NCBI GenBank assembly: GCA_964621755.1
Contig: CAZUPI010000002.1
Span: 4,442 to 68,441 of the forward strand
Source: an uncultured Ruminococcus sp.
GTDB taxonomy: Bacteria > Bacillota > Clostridia > Oscillospirales > CAG-272
Reading direction: 5' to 3'
DNA: 64,000 nt
The notes below the pieces were generated by a model. The model had not been told where the DNA came from, searched no databases, and saw nothing but the letters and a program-made list of their open reading frames with translations. Of this stretch, positions 39,683 through 47,775 are shown one piece after another (the first letter of the stretch is position 1; each line of letters opens with the position of its first letter). The translations under genes and the position numbers were made by a program.

Positions 39683-40636
39683 TCAGTTTAAAGCAGCTTT
39701 CAGAGACTCCGCGTTGCTTTGCATGATTTGGACGTAGGTGATTCCCGCGTCAAAATCGGATTTCGTGACGTTATGCGCGGAATGAAGGGTCAGAATGCCG
39801 CACCCGGTTTCGCGTGATATTGCCTCCGCGGTTTTTCCGTCAGAAAACTCGATGATAAACACATATGGGATGTTTTCGGACGTTACCCTGTTTATCAGAA
39901 AATCCACCGTTGCAAGAGCGGGCTCGGTAGCGGAGGAGCATCCCGTAAAAGCAGCATAATAGGTAAGTCCGTATTCTTCCGCGAGATACCGGAATGGAAA
40001 ACGGTCCGCCACCACAATGGTTTTTCGCGCGGCGGTCTCGACGATATTGCGAAGTTCCGCGTCAATCTGTTCCAGCTTGGCGATATAATCCGCGGCGTTT
40101 GCGGTAAAAGTATCGGCAAAATCGGGCGCGGCAGCAATTATAGTATCGCGCACAGCTGTTGTGATGGTCACCGCATTCCGCGGACTTGTCCAGACATGCT
40201 CGTCGATTTCCGCTTCGTCTTCATTGGCTTCTTCTTCTGACTCCATGCCTTCGACGAGCTCCTCTTCGTATGTCTCTACAGCATCGATGGCGCACACCGC
40301 TGCAATGTCGCTTGCGCCCGCAGCAGAGAGAACTGAATCCACCCAATCCTCACTTTCTCCCCCGACATACACGAATACATCGGCTTTTTCTATGAGCGCG
40401 ATATCCTCAAGGGTAGCTTCAAAATCGTGCGCATCGGTCCCGGGTGAGAGAAGCATATACACGTCGCACACGTCGCCGCAGACGGCGCGCGCAAAGTCGT
40501 ACATTGCAAAATTCGTCGCAACAACGGTCAGCCTGTCAGGGGATTTGTCGGCGGCGCTGCTGCTTCTGCAGGAAAAAAGTCCCAGACACAGCAGAGCGGC
40601 AGACAGAATAGTCAAAATTCGTTTAAATTTCATCAT
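39683..40636 (-). CDS. znuA: Metal ABC transporter substrate-binding lipoprotein (TroA/ZnuA-like) with an acidic loop
   Basis: The start at 40636 (MMKFKRILTILSAALLCLGLFSC) gives a signal peptide plus lipobox. An acidic loop (EGMESEEEANEDEAEIDEH) precedes VWTSP. Confidence 0.8.
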   Translation of the reverse strand: MMKFKRILTILSAALLCLGLFSCRSSSAADKSPDRLTVVATNFAMYDFARAVCGDVCDVYMLLSPGTDAHDFEATLEDIALIEKADVFVYVGGESEDWVDSVLSAAGASDIAAVCAIDAVETYEEELVEGMESEEEANEDEAEIDEHVWTSPRNAVTITTAVRDTIIAAAPDFADTFTANAADYIAKLEQIDAELRNIVETAARKTIVVADRFPFRYLAEEYGLTYYAAFTGCSSATEPALATVDFLINRVTSENIPYVFIIEFSDGKTAEAISRETGCGILTLHSAHNVTKSDFDAGITYVQIMQSNAESLKAALN

Positions 40637-41084
40637 TTGGAACCTCGTTATGATTATGTTCGTGCTCTTCATTGCGCTCGGCCTGCTCCAGACCGGCGCA
40701 ATCGCCGCACAATCCGTAAATTACAGTTTTGCCGCAGTCGACGACAAAGGCATGTTCCCGGCGGAAATGGGAGACGATTTCTTCCATAAAAGTGCAGTCC
40801 ATATGGATGAGCTTTCCACAATTCTGACACTTCAAGTGGATATGGGACGCGCACGCTTCAGAAGAATTGAATTGATAGTACGCGCAGTCGCCATGTCCTG
40901 ATCCGCCTGTAAATCGTTTGATTTTTCCCTCCTCTGCGAGGGATGCAAGGGTACGGAAAACGGTCGCCTCACCGGCTTCTACCTTTCCAATAATGTCCTT
41001 CGCCGAAAAGCATTCGTCCTCATTGTCCATGAAAAAACGCAGTATCTCATCGCGCTGCTTCGTTTTATATACTCGTTTCGCCAT
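40623..41084 (-). CDS. Fur-family metalloregulator (Zur-like)
   Basis: The start at 41084 (MAKRVYKTKQRDEIL) gives a winged-helix N-terminus. Two Cys pairs are present (CQNCGK and CGDC). It is the first gene of the metal-uptake operon and overlaps the SBP gene start by 14 nt. Confidence 0.8.
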   Translation of the reverse strand: MAKRVYKTKQRDEILRFFMDNEDECFSAKDIIGKVEAGEATVFRTLASLAEEGKIKRFTGGSGHGDCAYYQFNSSEACASHIHLKCQNCGKLIHMDCTFMEEIVSHFRREHAFVVDCGKTVIYGLCGDCAGLEQAERNEEHEHNHNEVPNDEI

Positions 41085-41103
41085 CTTCACACCCGCCAAA
41101 TTA

Positions 41104-41160
41104 ATTTTGGTAATCATTTTCATTTTTGATGATTATAGCACGTTTTGATTTGAAAGTCAA
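41104..41160 (-). promoter_or_regulatory. Promoter of the Fur-family/znu operon with an overlapping Fur/Zur-box-like inverted repeat
   Basis: On the minus strand: TTGACT (41160-41155), a 17-nt spacer, then TATAAT (41137-41132). The inverted repeat TAATCAT (41111-41117) / ATGATTA (41129-41135) spans the -10 and the start site. The segment TTGGTAATCATTTTC resembles the core GTAATnATTAC of Firmicute Zur boxes. Confidence 0.45.
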
Positions 41161-41172
41161 TATCAAATATTC

Positions 41173-41206
41173 AAAAAGGTGTAGAGGGGTCTGGGGGGAT
41201 TCTCCC
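41173..41206 (-). repeat. Partial, inverted copy of the C-rich tail element
   Basis: The reverse complement reads GGGAGAATCCCCCCAGACCCCTCTACACCTTTTT. Compare AGAACCCCTCCAAACCTTTTT at 27364. Confidence 0.35.
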
Positions 41207-41213
41207 ACTGCTC

Positions 41214-41242
41214 TTGACAGGATTCCATTTATATGATATCAT
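41214..41242 (+). promoter_or_regulatory. Candidate sigma-A promoter (extended -10) for the MIF-like/flavin reductase genes
   Basis: TTGACA (41214-41219), a 17-nt spacer ending in TGa, then TATCAT (41237-41242). Confidence 0.45.
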
Positions 41243-41299
41243 ACATACAATTCCAAAATCTACATATATTATATAGGTACAGAGAAAAGGAGAAATTGT

Positions 41300-41644
41300 A
41301 TGCCGTTTATTGAAGTAAAGACAAATACCGCAATTGCAAAAGAATCCGAGCTTGCGATAAAATCCGAAATCGCAAAACTGCTCGCCGAGAGTTTCCCCGG
41401 GAAGACAGAAAACTGGCTCATGCTTGATTTCGCAGAAAATTGCCGCATGTACTTCTCAGGTAGCGATAAACCGTGTGCGATGGTCCGCATTGCCCTTTTC
41501 GGTCACGGCAGCGGCAAGTCCTTCGACAAAATGACCGCCGGAGTATGCTCGCTGATAGAAAGCAGACTCGCTATCCCCGCCGACCGTGTTTACGTAAAAT
41601 ATGAAGAAGTCAGCCACTGGGGCTGGAACGGCGGGAACTTTTGA
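41300..41644 (+). CDS. MIF / D-dopachrome tautomerase family protein (N-terminal Pro tautomerase)
   Basis: 114 aa. MPFIEVKTNTA, DKPCAMVRIALFG and IPADRVYVKYEEVSHWGWNGGNF align by eye along the full length with mammalian MIF ([49 protein letters not shown]). Confidence 0.8.
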   Translation: MPFIEVKTNTAIAKESELAIKSEIAKLLAESFPGKTENWLMLDFAENCRMYFSGSDKPCAMVRIALFGHGSGKSFDKMTAGVCSLIESRLAIPADRVYVKYEEVSHWGWNGGNF

Positions 41645-41656
41645 AAATAACACATT

Positions 41657-42211
41657 TTGGGGAGGCATTTTATGAAAAATTTCAGACACATTGAACCGAG
41701 CGAGCTTGTAGACAATCCAATCAAGCTCATCGGAGAAGACTGGATGCTGGTTACGTCCGCAAATACAGAAGGCCCGCTCACATGCGGAAAGGACTACAAT
41801 ACCATGACCGCAAGCTGGGGTGGGGTCGGCGTCCTTTGGGGGCGCCCGGTGGTATTTGTGTTCATACGCCCGCAGCGCCACACATTTGAGTTTACCGAAG
41901 CAAACGATCGCCTGACGCTGACATTCTATCCCGAAACGTACCGCAAGACGCTCTCGTACTGCGGAAAATACAGCGGCCGCGAGGTGGATAAAGCAAAAGA
42001 GTGCGGTCTGACACCGGTCTTCGATGTAAACAAGGATGGACGCGCCGTCTGGTTCAATGAGGCACGGCTTGTCATAAAGGCAAAAAAGCTCTACGCAGAC
42101 GTGATAAAGCGCGACGCCTTTACGGATGACGCTCCTCTGGCAAACTATTCAAACAACGATTTCCATACCATGTATGTGTGTGAAATCACAGAAGTGCTGG
42201 CGGCAGATTGA
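41657..42211 (+). CDS. Flavin reductase-like (flavoredoxin) domain protein
   Basis: 184 aa, with YNTMTASWGGVGVLWGRPVVFVFIRPQRHTFEF, typical of the FMN-binding split-barrel family. Confidence 0.7.
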   Translation: MGRHFMKNFRHIEPSELVDNPIKLIGEDWMLVTSANTEGPLTCGKDYNTMTASWGGVGVLWGRPVVFVFIRPQRHTFEFTEANDRLTLTFYPETYRKTLSYCGKYSGREVDKAKECGLTPVFDVNKDGRAVWFNEARLVIKAKKLYADVIKRDAFTDDAPLANYSNNDFHTMYVCEITEVLAAD

Positions 42212-42331
42212 CTGCACGACAACCTTAAAAATGGTGCGGCGGATGATAAAAACCTCCGCCGCATTGTCATTTTATACAAAAAATTGACCAAATATACTAC
42301 ACCTAAAACCCCTTAAATTTGTTATTCTCTA

Positions 42332-42360
42332 TTGCATTATCAAAAAATATAGTGTATAAT
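42332..42360 (+). promoter_or_regulatory. Candidate sigma-A promoter of the EF-G paralogue
   Basis: TTGCAT (42332-42337), a 17-nt spacer, then TATAAT (42355-42360). A terminator-like hairpin (GCGGCGGA/TCCGCCGC) lies upstream at about 42236-42264. Confidence 0.5.
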
Positions 42361-42461
42361 AATAAGGCAGGGCTTTTCTCAGCCCGATTTTATGTGACAT
42401 AATTCATAAAGCGTCCTCTAAGAAAAGATTATAATTCATCATATACATAAAGGAGTTACAA

Positions 42462-44530
42462 ATGGCAGATATTACCACAAAAAACATCCGTAACGTTGTT
42501 CTGCTCGGACATGGTGGCTCGGGCAAAACTTCCATCGCGGAAGCAGCTTTATATCTTGCAAAGGCGACCGACAGACTCGGTAAGACCACAGCCGGAAATA
42601 CGGTTTGTGATTACGACCCTGAAGAAATAAAACGCGGTTTTTCCCTCACCCTCTCTCTGGCTCCCGTGATGTGGAAGGATTCAAAGATTAATTTCATCGA
42701 CACGCCCGGTTTTTTTGATTTTCAGGGCGAGGTTGACGCAGCTATACGCGTTGCAGACGCAGCTATCATTGCGCTCGACGGCAAGGCTGGCGTTGAAGTC
42801 GGTGCTGAACTGGCTTGGGATAAGGCACAGGAAGCCGGAATTCCCTGTGCGTTCTTTGTAAATAAATGCGACGACTCCGATGCTGACTTCCAGCGCGTCT
42901 TCGACGAGCTCCACGAGAAGTTTGGCTCCGCGGTCTGCCCCACCCTCGTTCCCATTAAAGAGGGCAAGGAAATCAAGTTCCTCGACCTCATCGCAAGAAA
43001 GACCTACGCCTTCGATGCTAACGGCACACGCAAAGCTACAGACTTCTCCGCCGAAGAGGAAGACACTGCCTCCCAATATACCGATACCCTGAACGAAGCG
43101 CTCGCACAGACAAGTGAGGAGCTCCTCGACAAGTACTTCGAAACCGCTGAAATCACCCAAGAAGAAGCAGTAGAAGCACTTCACAGCGGCATCATCGACG
43201 GCACCATCGTTCCGGTATTCAGCGGCTGTGCTGTCAACCTGTGGGGCATCAACTTCCTGCTCGACACCATCTCCGACTCCTTCCCGCGCCCGACCGCAAA
43301 GAAGGTAGAAAAAGTGATCGACGGCGACGGACTAAAAGACATTGCCATCGACCCAGCGGGAGAATGCGCTATCTTCGTATTCAAGACCATCGCCGACCCG
43401 TTCGTGGGTAAGATGTCCTTCTTCAAAGTTATGTCCGGTACGCTCACCAACGACCTTACACTGAAGAACAACACATCCGGCTCGTCCGAAAAGATGGCTC
43501 ATATCTACACCATCCGCGGCAAGAAGCAGACAGAAGTGACCTCCCTCTGCTGCGGTGATATCGGTATGACCGCAAAGCTCGCCGCTACCAACACAAACGA
43601 CACACTCACCGTTTCCTCCGATATAGAATATAAGAAGATTTCCTTCGCACATCCTTACATGACAATGGCGATCACGCCTGCCGCAAAGGGAGACGAAGAC
43701 AAAATCTCCACCGGTATCGCAAGAATCCTCGAAGAAGACCCGACCCTCCTGTACGAGAACAATGCAGAAACAAAGCAGATGACCATCTCCGGTATGGGCG
43801 ACATCCAGCTTGACGTTCTTGTAGCAAGACTGAAGTCCCGCTTCGGCACATCGGTTCTCCTTGAAGCACCGAAGATCGCATACCGCGAAACCATCAAGGG
43901 CACCTCAGACGTTGAAGGTAAACATAAAAAGCAGTCCGGCGGTTCCGGTCAGTACGGTCATGTTAAGATGAGATTCTCACACGGCGAGGCAGAAGGTCTG
44001 ACCTTCACCCAGTCCGTTGTCGGCGGTACCGTTCCGAAGAACTTCTATCCGGCAGTTGAAAAAGGACTTCTCGAAGCAATGCAAAGGGCGTCCTCGCCGG
44101 ATATCCGGTTGTCAACCTCGCAGCAGACCTGTACGATGGCTCCTATCACCCGGTTGACTCGAACGAAATCTCGTTCAAGCTTGCAGCTCGCCTTGCATAT
44201 AAGGAAGGGCTTCCGAAGGCAAAACCGATTCTTCTCGAGCCCATCGGAACCTTAAAAGTAACCGTTCCCGATTCTCTCGTAGGCGACGTCATCGGTGATC
44301 TCAACAAGAGACGCGGTCGTGTCCTCGGCATGAACCCACACGAAACTAAGAGCGGCTACCAGGTAGTAGAGGCAGACGTTCCGAAGGCAGAAATGTCCGA
44401 TTACACCATCGCCCTTCGCGCAATGTCCCAAGGCCGCGGTAAATACGACTTCTCAGTAGACCGCTACGAAGAAGTTCCCTCCTCTGTTGCACAGAAGATC
44501 ATCGCTGAAGCAAAGGTTGAAGAGGACTAA
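42462..44530 (+). pseudogene. Elongation factor G paralogue interrupted by a 1-nt deletion (pseudogene or homopolymer sequencing error)
   Basis: The G1 motif is LLGHGGSGKTSIAEA. Frame 0 reads EKGLLEAMQ, then nonsense to the stop at 44255. From 44084 the -1 frame reads KGVLAGYPVVNLAADLYDGSYHPVDSNEISFKLAARLAYKEGLPKAKPILLEPI and runs to the TAA at 44530, which is canonical EF-G domain IV/V sequence. Adding one base gives 689 aa. Confidence 0.85.
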
Positions 44531-44552
44531 TAGAAACATAACAACATAACGA

Positions 44553-44592
44553 AAAGGGTGAAGTATTTTCTGAAAATACTTCACCCTTTTTT
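44553..44592. terminator. Rho-independent terminator between convergent genes
   Basis: A 17-bp stem (AAAGGGTGAAGTATTTT/AAAATACTTCACCCTTT) is followed by a T run. Confidence 0.8.
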
Positions 44593-44644
44593 CATCCGTA
44601 CGGCAGCACGAAGCATAAAATCCCGCGTTCTCTATCTGTCTTGT

Positions 44645-45160
44645 TCACTCATTCTCCCACCTGTACTCATCAGATAGAAGAAGCCACGTGGAGCGGTCTG
44701 CGGTACCGGTCGGGGTCAAACCGTTGACTTGCTGGAAAAGCCGAACCGCATCGGCGGTCTGGGACCCGTAGACGCCGGACAAGGGAACCGCGGGATAGGC
44801 ATAGATGAGCCGGAGAGAATTTAAGATGATTTGGAGAAGAAGGACGATGTCACTTCGTTCGCCGAGACTGTTTTGCTGGAGGATATTGTCCGGCAGGGGG
44901 CGCAGAAGAACCGGACGCCGCTGGTCCTGCCCCTGCCGATATTCAGACGCAATTGCATCCCATGTGGCAAGGTCGGTTATGCCGGTCACGGGAAGACCGC
45001 GCGTCTGCTGAAACTGCCGCACCGCCTGCTCCGTTTCTTTATTATAAAATCCGGTAACGTTGACGCGCAGAGCCGGGCTGTCTTGCGTGAACGACAAATA
45101 TCGCAGCATTCCCTGTAGATTCAAAATACGCTCAGTGCTGTCCGCTATATTAACAAACAT
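44645..45160 (-). CDS. Protein with two peptidoglycan-binding (PG_binding_1-like) repeats and no signal peptide
   Basis: The start at 45160 (MFVNIADSTE) has the SD GGGGGAG. The two repeats are GFYNKETEQAVRQFQQTRGLPVTGITDLATWDAI and GVYGSQTADAVRLFQQVNGLTPTGTADRSTWLLL. Confidence 0.75.
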   Translation of the reverse strand: MFVNIADSTERILNLQGMLRYLSFTQDSPALRVNVTGFYNKETEQAVRQFQQTRGLPVTGITDLATWDAIASEYRQGQDQRRPVLLRPLPDNILQQNSLGERSDIVLLLQIILNSLRLIYAYPAVPLSGVYGSQTADAVRLFQQVNGLTPTGTADRSTWLLLSDEYRWENE

Positions 45161-45173
45161 CACACACTCCCCC

Positions 45174-46574
45174 TTACGTCGGCAGAACGCCGCCGAACTG
45201 CGTCGGTGAGCCGTAGTCTCCGTCCACCAGCGTCCGGTACGTACTGGCAATGGAATTCCACGTCGCCGCTCCAACGATTCCGCTCGGCTCCAATCCAAAG
45301 AGTCCTTGATAAATCTGCACCGCCCGTTCCGTGCTCGCGCCGAATTCCCCATCGACTGTCAGCTTCGGTATCTCCGTGTAGGTGTCAGATATCCGGTTCA
45401 AGTAGGTCTGAAGAAGCTCTACGTTACTCCCTGTTGAACCGACTAACAGCGGAAAACCCGGGTACGGCTGCGTCGTGGTGAAGTATCCCGCCGGCAGAGA
45501 TGCCAGCAAATTCCGGTACGTCGTGTACAGTGCGTTCCACGTCACCGTGTTGACCGTACCCGTGACCGGGAGCCCATAGTCGTATTGAAAATCCTCTACG
45601 GAAGCACGCGTGTTCGGTCCGTAAATTCCATCTATCACCACAGGACGCACGTAGTTGTTGAACGCCGCAATAAACGCCAGAAAATATTGCAGCTCACGTA
45701 CTCCTACCCCGGTGGAACCCTCCGCAAGTTCCGTGTTAAACACCAGCGTAACATCCTCAAGCGGGATTCCCTCGGAGTTGATGTCTGTGATTCGTTTGAC
45801 ACCGTTGTATATTCGCTCAATTGCATACCACGTGGCGGAACCAACTACCCCGTCCGGCGTCAGGGAAAACTGCCGCTGAAAGGCCTTGACCGCATCCTCA
45901 GTCTCCGCATCGAAAAATCCGTCAGGCTGTGAGATTTTGGGAATCCCCGGATAGTTTTTCGAAATGCGATTCAGACGCACCTGCACAAACCGGACGTCGT
46001 TTCCCACCACCCCAAGCCGCAAGGGACGACCGGAGTACGCCTCCACGTTCCCCGCAATCGGCGCGTTGTATACAAGGTCAATGTTGTCTCCGAAATAGTA
46101 CCGCAGGATTTCATACGGGGTCATCCCATTCTCCGCCAAAGAGACGCTTCCCCACTGTGAAAGTCCCGCACACTGCACTTCAATTCCGTCGCAGTAAGCG
46201 GCAAACAGCGGTTCCACCGACCCGCGGCGTCGAATATAATTATTGAAGATTTCATCAACAATCTGAGAAATGTTCTCAAAAATATCGCGCCCGTATACGA
46301 AGCTCTGGTCAATCGAAGTGGAATTGGTGATGTCAAAATCATAGCCGCGGCTGGGATAGTATTCCGTATAGACGCGGTTCAGAGCAAAGCTGATTTGCGA
46401 CAGAATGTTTGCGCGCAGTGCCGACTCCGGCCACGTGGGATAAATCTCGCTCGACGCGACATTTTTGATGTAATCTACAAACGAGACTGTCACGTTTCGC
46501 GCATCGGAATCAGGCCTGCCGAGGTGAACCGTAATGCTTTCCGGAATCACCGGAAGAAGCGCACCGTCGTTCAT
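45174..46574 (-). CDS. SpoIID/LytB-like domain protein with three PG_binding_1-like repeats and no signal peptide
   Basis: 466 aa. The N-terminal domain is YIKNVASSEIYPTWPESALRANILSQISFALNRVY followed by GLSQWGSVSLAENGMTPYEILRYYFG. Three repeats of the type DGxFGxxTxxAVxxFQxxFGLxxxGxVGxxTW follow. It has an ATGA overlap with the upstream gene. Confidence 0.7.
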   Translation of the reverse strand: MNDGALLPVIPESITVHLGRPDSDARNVTVSFVDYIKNVASSEIYPTWPESALRANILSQISFALNRVYTEYYPSRGYDFDITNSTSIDQSFVYGRDIFENISQIVDEIFNNYIRRRGSVEPLFAAYCDGIEVQCAGLSQWGSVSLAENGMTPYEILRYYFGDNIDLVYNAPIAGNVEAYSGRPLRLGVVGNDVRFVQVRLNRISKNYPGIPKISQPDGFFDAETEDAVKAFQRQFSLTPDGVVGSATWYAIERIYNGVKRITDINSEGIPLEDVTLVFNTELAEGSTGVGVRELQYFLAFIAAFNNYVRPVVIDGIYGPNTRASVEDFQYDYGLPVTGTVNTVTWNALYTTYRNLLASLPAGYFTTTQPYPGFPLLVGSTGSNVELLQTYLNRISDTYTEIPKLTVDGEFGASTERAVQIYQGLFGLEPSGIVGAATWNSIASTYRTLVDGDYGSPTQFGGVLPT

Positions 46575-47311
46575 TGCCCCCTCCCCCTCTCTCTTTCCTC
46601 CTCATCATAGTAGCAGCTCGGGGGATTCGGAAGATTGCTGCTCTCTCCACGCAGACCGGTTTGACCGGAATTCTGGTCGGCCTGCCTGCCGTTTTGGTCA
46701 TATGGCCGCGCATTTTGAATATCCTGCATATCCATCTGAGTCGGGGACTGCCCAGCTTCGCCTATATCCCGGCTGTTTTGAGAATCAGGAGAAGGATTTC
46801 CTCGTCCGCCTGCATTGTTCCGCGGCGTCATGACTCCGCCGGAGACTGTGCCATTCTGGTCGCCAATTTCCTCACGCTGAACGCCGCCGGGCTGAGGCGA
46901 CATGCCTTCGGGAGTTTCATAAATCATCACCCGCCCGTTGTCCGCTCCGGCGATTCGGTCCTCTTCGGTAAGAGGAACCATATCGATGGGCTGAATGGCG
47001 GTGATTCTATCAAAAATCGGAATGCCGATACCCTCGACGGGATAATAGCCGTCGTATGTAACGGATATATTGTATACCGAATAGGGGCGCGCCGCCCCCG
47101 GCGTCATACTCTCTCCTGCCGCCGGCGCGGGAAGAGATACAATGGGCGCGAGCCCGTTCTCGTTGGTGCGCAGAGAATAGATTACATCCCCATTCTCCGA
47201 TGTCGTTTCGTCAGGGTACTCGAAAATCTGCACGACTGCGCCCTGCACCGGGAGCGACCCGCCAGCCTCAGTCACACGCACTCTCAGAAATCCGGTTCCG
47301 CTTTCATTCAT
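46571..47311 (-). CDS. Hypothetical protein with an N-terminal carboxypeptidase-regulatory-like (Ig/prealbumin-type) beta domain and a Q/N/G-rich tail
   Basis: 246 aa. The N-terminus is GFLRVRVTEAGGSLPVQGAVVQIFE and NISVTYDGYYPVEG. No signal peptide or TM helix is present. It is the first gene of the three-gene operon. Confidence 0.55.
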   Translation of the reverse strand: MNESGTGFLRVRVTEAGGSLPVQGAVVQIFEYPDETTSENGDVIYSLRTNENGLAPIVSLPAPAAGESMTPGAARPYSVYNISVTYDGYYPVEGIGIPIFDRITAIQPIDMVPLTEEDRIAGADNGRVMIYETPEGMSPQPGGVQREEIGDQNGTVSGGVMTPRNNAGGRGNPSPDSQNSRDIGEAGQSPTQMDMQDIQNARPYDQNGRQADQNSGQTGLRGESSNLPNPPSCYYDEEERERGRGQ

Positions 47312-47775
47312 TCTGCATTTATCCTCGCTTTCATATATGCTTCGATACAGAATATGCCGTAAAATCAGAAGTGGTGCATCGAAAATCAGAAATCTAATAA
47401 AATGGAATAATCTGGATAATTAAAGCGTTGCTTTACAGAAATATATTCCATAAAAAGAAATTTTTGTTAGATATCGTTAATTTCCTTTTAATGGAATGGT
47501 TTTTACATATTTTTACAAATTTGATTCCAAAATAAGTAAATATTATGTTTCAGTTCCAGATTCCGCTCAAAATTCGCCGCTAAAAATAAAGCACTGCTTG
47601 ATTTTTAAGAAATTCCAAAAAAAATGAAAATTCAACAAATACTTTATTGCAATCCATAAAATTCTGTGATATTCTGAAATCACAAGGAGGCGTTTCCAAA
47701 ATATTATCAATCGCTCGAGCTAAAAATATCCATAATTCACCATTCAATCTTCATTTATATTAACGGAGGTACACT

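Noticed and set aside
44083-44086. Programmed ribosomal frameshifting in the EF-G paralogue.
   Set aside because: Restoring the frame needs a -1 shift, but the site (G CAA AGG G) is not an X XXY YYZ slippery heptamer. I saw no downstream stimulatory structure. A 1-nt deletion or homopolymer error is simpler.
47312-47775. A possible replication origin. Genes are mostly leftward to the left of this AT-rich region and all rightward to its right.
   Set aside because: Only weak 7-of-9 DnaA-box-like matches are present (TTATCCTCG, TGGATAATT). No dnaA, dnaN or other origin-proximal genes are nearby, and several plus-strand genes lie left of the site. A genome-wide GC-skew analysis would be needed to settle it.
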